From NCBI GenBank assembly GCA_030704615.1, contig CM060731.1:37944001-38008000 (forward strand): a stretch of 64,000 nt of DNA, read 5' to 3'. A program made the translations under genes and the position numbers. Positions 12,318 to 22,161 of this stretch are shown piece by piece; the stretch's first letter is position 1; each line of letters begins with the position of its first letter. The DNA comes from Takakia lepidozioides. Lineage: Eukaryota; Plantae; Bryophyta. The notes under the pieces are model-generated. The model saw only the letters and a list, made by a program, of their open reading frames with translations, did not search any database and was not told the DNA's origin.

Positions 12318-13030
12318 CTCCTAACTAACTACAAAGATTTGAAGGGTATACCTTCTAATATCTGTCAACACCGAATTGAATTGGAAGTTGACACAAAACC
12401 AATTCATCAGAACCGTTACAGAATGAACCCCAACTATGCAGCTAAAGTTTGGGAAGAAATCAAGAAGTTACTGGATGCAGGATTCATATACCCAGTAGAG
12501 ACACCACAATGGTTATCACCCATTGTGATAGTACCCAAGAAAAATGGAAAACTACGAGTGTGTGTGGACTACCGCAAGTTAAACGCAGGAACCAAGAAAG
12601 ACCCTTTTCCACTACCTTTCACTGAAATAGTGTTGGACACAGTGGCTGGACACAGTGGCTGGACATGAGATGTACTCATTCATGGATGGGTTTAGTGGGT
12701 ACAACCAGGTACAAATGGCAGAAGAAGAACACCGAGAAAAGACCGCATTCATCACTAAATGGGGAGCATATGCTTACAAAGTCATGTCATTTGGACTTTG
12801 CAATGCACCAGCCACATTTCAACGAGCAATATCTGAGATATTCAAGAACTATCTCAATGATTTTATGCAGGTATTTTTGGATGATTTCAGTGTCTTCGGA
12901 CAGAAATCCAAACATTTGGCACAGTTAAAACTTTGCCTACAAGCCTGCAGAAACAATGGAATAAGTCTCAACCCGGAAAAATGTACATTCTGTGTGAATT
13001 CAGGATTATTATTGGGACACATTGTGTGCC
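12318..13030 (+). pseudogene. pol: Gypsy reverse transcriptase fragment from a relative of family G
   Basis: YKDLKGIP..CQHRIEL..RYRMNPNY..WLSPIVIVPKKNGKLRVCVDYRKLN..DGFSGYNQ..FGLCNAPATFQR..VFLDD..LLGHIVC; a 13-bp tandem duplication at 12635-12665 causes the frameshift. Confidence 0.92.
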
Positions 13031-13032
13031 AA

Positions 13033-14230
13033 TTCAAATGCCTCCTCCACTGTATTATGGGGTAACATATCCACTTTCTTTTGCAACTCTGGTCTTAGTC
13101 CACTCACAAACCAAGTCTTCTGTAAACCTGGTGCTGGTACAGCAGCTAGCTTTTTCATCATCAATTCCATCTTTTCCATATACTCCTCAACAGTTTCATG
13201 CTTATTTTGCTTTAATTGTTGTAAACTTCCATACACTTCATCCTCAGTTTTACTTGTCCTGAACCTATTTCGGAATGCTGTATAGCCATTCCAGGTTAGG
13301 AAATGATTATCAGGGAATCTTGCATACCATTCACTTGCTTTCTTGATAAGTGAACAAGGAAACAATCTCATCTTGGCATCATCGCCATTCTCATTGTTCA
13401 CAATACACATGTGCTCAAATTGGCTAATGTGTACATCAGGATCCCCTTTTCCTGAATATATTGGAAAATGTGGTTTTGCCCGTGTTGGTTGTAACGTCAT
13501 CTGTGGCCCTACCTTCAGCCCAGTGACAGATGCTGGCCCCCTTACTGGTGCTGGTCCTTGAGGACCTGTTGTAGTTGTGGTGGAACTTCCACCAAGTGGT
13601 GGCCCCTGAGCACTCCCTGCTACTGGCCCCACTATATTCACAGTATTCCCAGCTCCAGTTGCACTACTTCCCACATTCCCTGTCCCCCCCAGAGCCAGAT
13701 CCAGGCTGCCCGCCTGATCCCCCTGAGCCGACACCTTCGTTGGCCTGTGATCCAAGTGCTCCACTTGATCCAGGTCCAACGGGTTGGGATGTCCTGGTTG
13801 TAGTCTCAACCTCAGCTCTTGGGTCTACTTCTTCATACTCTTCCTCTTCCAATTTCTTCTCTCTGTTTTCATCCTCCAAGTTCTGCCCTTGGGTTTCTTC
13901 TTCACTCATGTAACTCAACTGCAATGGCGTTGGAGAGTCTGAACTCTCCGTTGGCTCTGCCACATCCTCTCCTCCTTCTTTATCTTCCGTCTCAGAAACT
14001 AGAGTTCCTGCTTTTGGTGTTCCATGCCAACTCTTATCAAAGATTTCTATCAAATCTTTTATCCAGGGATGTACCTCAGATCTTTCACCTCGTGGTTGAT
14101 CTCCTTCCAGTACCAATTCCCTTAATCTTTCTTGCAAATAAAAAGAAAGAATGGCATCCAACTCTAGTTCTTCCGGTATGGGTGATGTACTCTCTGATCT
14201 AATGGTGTGAGAGGTCCAGATGATTCCCCT
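13033..14230 (-). pseudogene. gag: Family G gag fragment (no LTR attached)
   Basis: Near-identical reverse complement of about 17673-18873 (YSGKGDPDVHISQFE..LFPCSLIKKASEWY..LKQ..ETVEEY). Confidence 0.92.
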
Positions 14231-15549
14231 AGAACGGAAGGGCTAGGGCTGGTTTCCACTTGGGGTGAAATAAAAGCACTTGTAGGGCCTATGTGAGTTG
14301 GGGTTTCAATTTCAAGCTTGAAGGGAGCACAACTCTTGAAGCAGCAGGTGCAGGCGCTAGATTAGGTGCGGAGGGTATGCTATGGTCAAGAAAAGCATGT
14401 GAATGAGTGCTTACAAGGGCTGGAAGTCAGCTATGTTTGGTTAGTCGCCATAGGGATCAATGGCACTGTTTTGTGAGTTGAAAGGAAGCTTGTGCACTTA
14501 GTTTCGGTTGCAAACATCTTCCTTTGGAATTAGATCTACTATTGGTGGTGTGTGGGGGCCATAAAGAGCAAGAATACCTTACTGATTTCCTCACAGCCGC
14601 CATAGCTCGGTGCAAAGAAGCCTAGAGTCCAAGAGACACAAACCCTAGCTTGGCGTGGCTAAACCCCTTGGAGAAATGGCTAAACTGCCATAAGTGGCCA
14701 TGGGGCTGTCGAACGGCTTTTACTCACCCATCCCTTCGTTATCCGAGGTGGGAACTCCAAGATAGAAGAGTTGGATATCTCTAAGCACTCAGCCCGCTCA
14801 GGACTATCAGTCATGACCTGCAGCTAGTGAATCATGGTTGTGCTTCCCATTTGTATTCCTTCTTGCCTTCATGTTATCAATTTACCTTATCTGATACTGA
14901 AGCACAGATTGCTTCAGTATCTACTTAGTTCCAGTTAATCATGCATTCATTTCACAGCTTCACTCATGTCTCTCTACACAGTGTGATTGTATCGAATAAG
15001 TATCAGATTATGATTTATCAGGTATCAGGCCAATGCCATGGTGACTCTAATCCGCCCTATAGTATCACTACAGCTCTGCATGTAATAAGCATCTACTGTT
15101 CATCTTTCCTCCTTCTCTGTGCTCTCGTTCTTTCTCTCCGCCTGATCTCCTCTTCCCATGACCCAGAAGCGCTCCCCGTGAAGTGATCCTCTTTCCGTTG
15201 CCGCTCTCCTTATCTGCCCACAAGCTGTTCTAACCACCTAACTAACTAACCGTCATCCCTGAAGTAACACGTTCCCTCTGCAGATGTCGTTCCCTCACAG
15301 TCGTTCCCTGTCAATGATAACTGTTCCCCATGTACTGTGACATGCTGTGTCAAGTTGTGCCGAGATGTGACTGGCTGTGACTGGCTATGTAAAGTTGTGT
15401 CGGGTTTTGTCGGGCTGTGTCGGGTTGTATAACCCCCCTAAAGCCTGCTGCTGCCACCCCTAAGGCTCCTGTTGGTCTCTGTCTGGCAAAAATTAAGGGT
15501 ACCCCACAGAACTCGTAAAAGCGTCTAAGTCCCAAGCAGCCCTCTAACA
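14229..15549 (-). repeat. Inverted duplicate of 46933-48241 (LTR plus about 480 bp flank)
   Basis: 14229-14706 is the reverse complement of 47764-48241; the LTR ORFs 14941-15186 and 47283-47528 translate identically. Confidence 0.92.
14707..15549 (-). mobile_element. Family G solo LTR (subtype B)
   Basis: TGTTAGAGG...TCGACA on the minus strand; TSD GGGGC at 14702-14706 and 15550-15554; no PBS or PPT adjacent. Confidence 0.93.
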
Positions 15550-15562
15550 GGGGCCTTTCGGG

Positions 15563-16003
15563 TTGTGACAGGCTGTGATCTGTGGCCTGTGGGGCTGTGA
15601 CGGACTGTGACAGGCTGTGGCCTGTGGGGCTGTGACCCTGTGACCTGTGTAAGGCTGTGACAGGATGTGACAGGCTGTGCCCTGTGGCCTTTGGGGCTGT
15701 GATGGGCTGTGACAGGCTGTGGCCTGTGGGGCTGTGACCCTGTGACCTGTGTAGGGCTTTGACAGGCTATGACAGGCTGTGACCTGTGGCCTGTGGGGCT
15801 GTGACGGACTGTGCCTTGTGGCCTTTGGGGTTGTGATGGGCTGTGACAGGCTGTGACCTGTGGCCTCTGGGGCTGTGATGGACTGTGACAGGCTGTGGCC
15901 CGTGACAGGCTCTGTCCTGTGGCCTTTGGGGCTGTGACGGGCTGTGACCTATGGCCTATGGGGCTATGATGGGCTATGACGTGCTGTGACAGGCTGTGCT
16001 CTG
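15563..16003 (-). repeat. CTGTG/CACAG-core tandem array
   Basis: Units such as ctgtgacagg, ctgtggc, ctgtgggg and ctgtgac reiterated in a higher-order pattern; same core as the family G arrays. Confidence 0.9.
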
Positions 16004-16967
16004 TGTTAGAGGACTGCCAGGGACTTAGGCACTTTTATGAGTTCTGTGGGGTCTGGGACTTAGACATTTTTATGGGTTCCAAAGGGTACCCTTATTTTTT
16101 TACATAGACCAGTCACAGCCCGTCACAGTCACACAGCCAGTCACAGCTTAACACAGCCGACACAGCCCGACACAGTCGCACAACCAGTCACAGCTCGACA
16201 CAGCCCGACATAGTCCAACACAGCCCGTCACAGCCCGACACAGCCGCCACAGCTTCGCACAGCCCTACACAACCCGACACAGCCAGTCACAGCCCGCCAC
16301 AGCCTGATACAGCCAGTCACAGCTCGGCACAACTGGGGAACAGTTACCATTGGCAGGGAACGACATCTAAAAAAGGAACGTGTACTACAGAGATAACGGT
16401 TAGTTAGGAAAGCGGTTAGAACGGCTAGTAAAGAGATAAAGCGGGAAGCGGGGACATCTGAGGGGATCACTTCTGGAAGGACTTCGGGGGGGGGGGGGGG
16501 GGGGATCACAACTTGGAAAGGAAGCGGAGAGCGCATCTCTGAGCAGAAAGAGGGAGAGCACGGAGTATGAGGAGAACGATCTGTTGATATTTGCTGAATG
16601 CAAGAAGTAGAGTTGTAATGTAGAGCAGAATAGAGACACCATGGCTTCAGCCTGATACTTGATAGATATTAATCTGATACATACTTCATACTCACACTGT
16701 GTAGAGAGACCTCAGTGAAGCTGTGGAATGAATGGATGGAACTTGATAGATTTCTGAAGCAAATTGATACTTAATTACAGATAGTAAGGTAACTCGCTAA
16801 CATGAATGCGGGAAGGAGTACAAATAGGAAACACCCCCATGATACACTAGCTATAGGTCATGACTGATTGTTCTGAGCGGGCTGAGTGCTTGGAGATTTC
16901 CAACTCTTCTATCTTGGAGTTCCCACCTCGGATAGCGAAGGGATGGGTGAGTAAAAGCTGCGCGACA
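16004..16967 (+). repeat. 5' LTR of G1 (subtype C), CACAG array at 16111-16332
   Basis: TGTTAGAGG...GCGCGACA followed by the PBS. Confidence 0.93.
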
Positions 16968-17550
16968 TTTGGCGACCATACTGGGGAACTGGGTCATGAA
17001 CAACCAGATGTGATAGGCATCTGGTGGGATCATGGTGGATGGAGAATTAAAGAATTTGATGTGAATCAAATTCCCTGTGAAACTGCGAAGGAAAGATTGT
17101 CCAAACGATTCTTTCAGAGGTTCTTGGAATTGCCAGACGGTTGTAAAGAAAACATTCTTAAGAGAGTGCATGATGCTGACCCTGAGTGGGGTCTGGAGAA
17201 AGGAGTGATGAAGATTTATCAGGTGGCCTGTAGAGGAAGAGCACTTACCAACACTGGTTTATGTCATAGCATTGCTATCCATTAAGCGAGTAGAGTTTGA
17301 AGGCTGGGAGGAAAGAAAGGTGAATGTTTATACTCATATGCATGAAGAGCTTGTACTGGTAAAGAATTGGATTCCAAAGGATATTTTGTGGATCAAACTC
17401 ACACCAAGAACAGCTTTCCAGACTTGTTTGCCATATGGTTATATGGTAACGGAGACTTCTAGTATAGCCAAGGGTGCATTGAAGCTTGAAAGAAACCCAA
17501 GCATATACGAGAGATATTACAGAAGAGAGTTTTGGTTATTGCCACATTAA
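16860..17550 (+). pseudogene. ORF0: extra 5' ORF of unknown function, starting in the LTR; one frameshift in this copy
   Basis: ORFs 16860-17285 and 17272-17550 are contiguous in the minus-strand copy starting at 61928. Confidence 0.5.
16970..16987 (+). promoter_or_regulatory. PBS, tRNA-Arg-like
   Basis: TGGCGACCATACTGGGGA, 2 nt after the LTR; resembles the TGGCGACTCCACTGGGGA Arg-type PBS of plant non-chromoviral gypsy elements; also at 33022-33039 and 61801-61818 (minus). Confidence 0.85.
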
Positions 17551-17571
17551 AAGAAATGAAAGACATGGAAC

Positions 17572-20034
17572 ATGAGTGATGAAAGAGAAGCTAGACGCCA
17601 GAGATATTCAGCAAAAAGAGAAAGCTATTTGAAAGCTAATTATCCATATCTTTGGGAGAGAGGAATAGACATAGGGGAATCATCTGGACCTCTCACACCA
17701 TTAAGATCATAGAGTACATCACCCATACCGGAAGAACTAGAGTTGGATGTCACTCCTTCTTTTTCTTTGCAAGAAAGATTAAGGGAATTGGTACGGGAAG
17801 AAGATCAATCACGAGGTGAAAGATCTGAGGTACATCCCTGGATAAAAGATTTGACAGAAATCTTTGATAAGAGTTGGCATGGAACACCAAAAGCAGGAAC
17901 TCTAGTTTCTGAAGCGGAAGGTGAAGAAGGAGAAGAGGATGTGGCAGAGCCAACGGAGAGTTCAGACTCTCCAACACCGTTGCAGTTGAGTTACATGAGT
18001 GAAGAAGAAACCCAAGGGCAGAACTTGGAGGATGAAAATAGAGAGAAGAAATTGGAAGAGGAAGAGTATGAAGAAGTAGACCCAACAGCTGAGGTTGAGA
18101 CTACAACCAGGACATCCCAACCCGTTGGACCTGGATCAATTGGAGCACTTGGATCACAGGCCAACAAAGGTGTCAGCTCAGGGGGATCAGGCGGGCTGCC
18201 TGGATCTGGCTCAGGGGGGACAGGGAGTGTGGGAAGTAGTGCAACTGAAGCTGGGAATACTTTGAATATCGTGGGGCCAGTAGCAGGGAGTGCTCAAGGG
18301 CCACCACTTGGTGGAAGTTCCACCACAACAACAACAGGTCCTCAAGGACCAGCACCAGCAAGGGTGCCAGCACCTGTCAGTGGGCAGAAGGTAGGGCCAC
18401 AGATGGCGTTACAACCAACACGGGCAAAACCACATTTTCCAATATATTCAGGAAAAGGGGATCCTGATGTACACATTAGCCAATTTGAGCACATGTGTAT
18501 AGTGAACAATGAGAATGGCGATGATGCCAAGATGAGATTGTTTCCTAGTTCACTTATCAAGAAAGCAAGTGAATGGTATGCAAGATTCCTTGATAATCAT
18601 TTCCTAACCTGGAATGGCTTGAATACAACATTCCAAAATAGGTTCAGGACAAGTAAAAGTGAGGATGAAGTGTATGGAAGTTTACAACAGTTAAAGCAAA
18701 AGAAGCATGAAACTGTTGAGGAGTATATGGAACAGATGGAATTGATGATGAAAAAGCTGGCTGCTGTACCAGCACCAGGTTTACAGAAGACTTGGTTTGT
18801 GAGTGGACTAAGACCAGAGTTGCAAAGGAAAGTGGATATGTTACCCCATAATACAGTGGAGGAGGCATTTGAAACAGCGAACAAAATTGAGCAATTGGGA
18901 ATGCTCAGGAGAGAGAAAATGGATGATGAGGACTCTGAGGATGAGTCAGATGAGGAAGAAGAGCAAGAGCTGAAAAGGAAGAGTAAGAGGAAGGAAAAGT
19001 TGAAGAAGGATAATTATGAGAAAAGATTAGAAGAAATCTTGAAGAAGTATGCCACATAGGCTGCAACACATTGGAGGAAGGGTGTTTGGTGTGCAAAGTG
19101 TCAGAATGAAGGCCATACCACCACTGAATACCACATGAAGGAGAAACACTGTACTATCTGTAAAATGGATAACCATTCTACTGAGAATTGTTACTACAAC
19201 AGAAGGACAGCTGCAAGAGAACCTAGGCAAGTAAGGGTGCATCAAGTGCAGCCCCAGCCAAGAAGAAACAATGATAAAGACCACTATGGTAGGCCTGGTG
19301 GTTATAACAATGGCATGGAAGGGAGAGGTAATTCAAGAAGGAATTACCAAGGGAATTCCAGAGGCAACTATCAGGGTAATCCAAGGGGGAATTACCAGCC
19401 ACGGAATCAGGATTACAGAAATAATCCAAGAGCAAACCAAGGGCAAGGACCCAATCGTGAAGAACTGTGTTACTATTGTAATCAGCCAGGACATCGCAAG
19501 GCAGCCTGTTCATTCTGGATTAGACACCAGAATGAGATGAGAGCTCTTGTGAATGAGGGCCCAGTGGTGGCAGCTCACATGGTTAGGCCATGTGTTGTAC
19601 CAGAAGTAAGTACAATGATAGTAACAAAAAGCAAAGCCAAACCAATACCTCCAGTAGTTGAGGAAGATGATGATAATGAAGATGGCAGTGATATGACTGA
19701 AGATGATGAGGCTTGGAGAGATGAGAAGGAACTCACAAGGAAGTGGCAGATACCATAAGGGAAATGCAGAAGAGTACTGATATTCTTGTGGCAGATTCCT
19801 CTGATTCTGATGGAGAAGAAGAAGTGAGTGAGGATGAAAGGAAGAAAGAAGCTGCAGACATGCAAAGTAATGAAGGGACTTTGGCTGAAGTAATATGCCA
19901 GACCAAAGCAGAGATTACCATTGGACAGCTATTGGCTGTGGCACCTTATTGTAGACACAGGCTGTATCAAGCAATCAATCGAATTGCCCAGGAGACAGGA
20001 AACACAGACCTGAACAGCAAGGTGACCAGTTATA
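17572..20034 (+). pseudogene. gag: G1 gag (acidic/Gly-rich N-terminus, capsid domain, three CCHC knuckles)
   Basis: ATG 17572 (MSDEREARR, as in the 33639 copy); retrotransposon gag core; CAKCQNEGH, CTICKMDNHSTENC, CYYCNQPGHRKAAC; stops at 17709 and 19057 are absent from other copies. Confidence 0.92.
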
Positions 20035-21396
20035 ATGGAGGTGCAGGGAAGTGCAGATGACTGGTTAGATTGGCAGTGGCAAATCAGATACTACCTTGCT
20101 CATGGTCAGTGCCCACCTAGTTATGGTAAGGAGCAGAGGAAGAGAATCGCTATCAAAGCTTTACCTTATACTATGGTAGGAAGCATAATGTATAAGCTAG
20201 GACCTGATGGAGTACTAAAACGATGCTTGTACCACCATGAAGTAAATAAAGTTTTGGAGGAAGTTCATAAAGGAGTGGCTGGAGGTCATTTTGGAGAAGA
20301 GACTACCAGTAGGAAGATACTACTCGCAGGTTATTGGTGGCCTACTTTGTTCAAAGATGTACACGACTATTGTCAGAGTTGTGATGAATGCCAGAGGCGA
20401 GGACCTTTGCAGAGATTTGGAAGGATGGCCTTGCATCCTACAATGCCTACGGAACCATTTCAGAAATGGGGACTAGACTTTGTTGGACTGATTAACCCAC
20501 CAGCCAAGAATACACGGAACAGGTACATCATTACAGCCACTGATTATACTACGAAATGGGTGGAAGCTAAAGCTTTGAGGGACAACACAGCCAAGTCCAC
20601 AGCAAGGTTCCTGTATGAGAACATACTTACACGATTTGGCTGTCCCTTAGAATTTATCAGTGATCAGGGAAGTCACTTCATAAATGAGACCATTGAGTTG
20701 TTGACTAAAGAGTTCATGATTGTACATAGAAAGAGTACAACATATTACCCACAGGGTAATGGGCAGGCAGAGGCTACCAACAAAATACTATGCACTATCT
20801 TGGCTAAGATAGTCAATGCAAACAGAACAGATTGGGATACAAAGCTGCTGACAGCTTTGTGGTCATACAAGACTTCATATAAAGTCACCACTAAGTATAC
20901 ACCATTCCAATTAGTTTATGGTATGGAAGCCTTACTTCCAGTGGAATTCCTGTTACCTACCATGAGAACGGAGTGGGGAAAGAGAATGGAATTGCAAGAT
21001 TCCATTAAGGTCAGGAAACATGAATTATACCATGTAGAAGAAGTACGTGCTGATGCAACTGATAATATGACCAGAATTAAGATGAAGAGAAAGGAACAGT
21101 TTGATGAAGGCAAGTTAAAGACTTTTAAGACGGGGGATTTGGTTCTATGGTTGCAGAAGAAAGGAAAGATTAAAGCTTCTAAGTTTAAATCACCATGGAA
21201 AGGACCTTATGTCATACAAAAGATGTATGATAACAACACCGCCATGTTACAAACCATTAACAAAGAAATGCTGGGAAGGGTCAATGCCAATAAGTTAAAG
21301 GAATACAGTGGTATCCATGAGAAACCAATGCAGCATGATTTGCATGTTGAAACGCAAGAGCAGTCACGGGCTGCACCAGTGTTACCAACGGAGTAG
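20035..21396 (+). CDS. pol: G1 integrase, open 453-aa frame
   Basis: HKGVAGGHF...CQSCDECQR zinc finger; [23 protein letters not shown] (D,D35E); WKGPY tail; no chromodomain. Confidence 0.95.
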   Translation: MEVQGSADDWLDWQWQIRYYLAHGQCPPSYGKEQRKRIAIKALPYTMVGSIMYKLGPDGVLKRCLYHHEVNKVLEEVHKGVAGGHFGEETTSRKILLAGYWWPTLFKDVHDYCQSCDECQRRGPLQRFGRMALHPTMPTEPFQKWGLDFVGLINPPAKNTRNRYIITATDYTTKWVEAKALRDNTAKSTARFLYENILTRFGCPLEFISDQGSHFINETIELLTKEFMIVHRKSTTYYPQGNGQAEATNKILCTILAKIVNANRTDWDTKLLTALWSYKTSYKVTTKYTPFQLVYGMEALLPVEFLLPTMRTEWGKRMELQDSIKVRKHELYHVEEVRADATDNMTRIKMKRKEQFDEGKLKTFKTGDLVLWLQKKGKIKASKFKSPWKGPYVIQKMYDNNTAMLQTINKEMLGRVNANKLKEYSGIHEKPMQHDLHVETQEQSRAAPVLPTE

Positions 21397-21450
21397 GAGC
21401 ACTTGTTGCTAGGCCAAGCATATATGACCAGGGCGGGCAGACAAGGCGAA

Positions 21451-21690
21451 ACACAGCCTATCACAGCCCATCAAGGCGAAACACAGCCTATCACAGCCCA
21501 TCAAGGCGTAACACAGCCTATCACAGCCCATCACAACGTGACACAGCCTATCACAGCCTAACACGACGCAACACAGCCTATCACAACTTACCACAACGTG
21601 TCACAGCCTATCACAGCTTACCACAGTGCATCACAGCCTATCACAACGTACCACAGTATGACACAGCCTGTCACAACTCAACACAGCCTA
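21451..21690 (+). repeat. Post-pol tandem array, 10-bp unit with 30-bp higher order (8 x 30 bp)
   Basis: acacagccta tcacagccca tcaaggcgaa and variants in strict register. Confidence 0.95.
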
Positions 21691-21779
21691 CTAGGATTAC
21701 ACGATCCATAGAATCAGTGACAGGTGGATGCGCAATAACTTCAGGAAAATGGCTGACGGAAGAAAAGACGGAAATCAGT

Positions 21780-22060
21780 TTAAAAATAGACACGTGGAAG
21801 TCAGGGCGCGACACACAGCTGAGAAGGAAGTGCAAGAACAGGTGTCATAAAGAAAGAGGACAAGAACGGCCGTCAAAATGGATGAAAGGCGGGCCCATTA
21901 ATGAATACGGAAAAAGGGGAACGGAACAAACGGCAAGTACAGAAAAGCGAAATTCTTGTCACATGTGTGATCCTAGTGGACTATCCCAGGGAAAGTCCAC
22001 TAAAGAAAATGAAATCTAAAATCCAGTCACAGCGGTTACAGCCAATAGAAAGCCAGAGAA
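21780..22060 (+). promoter_or_regulatory. Putative internal promoter upstream of ORF3
   Basis: CACGTG, GGGCCCA, AACGG, CACATGTG, a 29-bp inverted repeat at 21974-22002 and CCAAT; most blocks conserved in the diverged copy at 31690-31892. Confidence 0.5.
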
Positions 22061-22161
22061 AGGATCAAGAGATTGGAGGGAAATTAAGCACAAGAGGCGG
22101 CGTCGTTCTGAGTAACAGACGTCTCGCCAGGACAAACCATCAATGCTATAGCTTGGAAACT

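Noticed and set aside
14941-15186. Identical 81-aa ORF seen twice (also 47283-47528)
   Set aside because: Antisense translation of a recently duplicated LTR; not conserved in the other LTR subtypes
19057-19059. Programmed stop-codon readthrough or frameshift between gag and pol
   Set aside because: This TAG is GAG in other copies (for example ~35119), and the 19735 frameshift is absent elsewhere; these are copy-specific lesions and the consensus is one gag-pol frame
21451-21690. CRISPR-like array (constant block plus variable block)
   Set aside because: The variable parts are only 10 bp and are degenerate copies of the same unit; eukaryotic retrotransposon context; no cas genes
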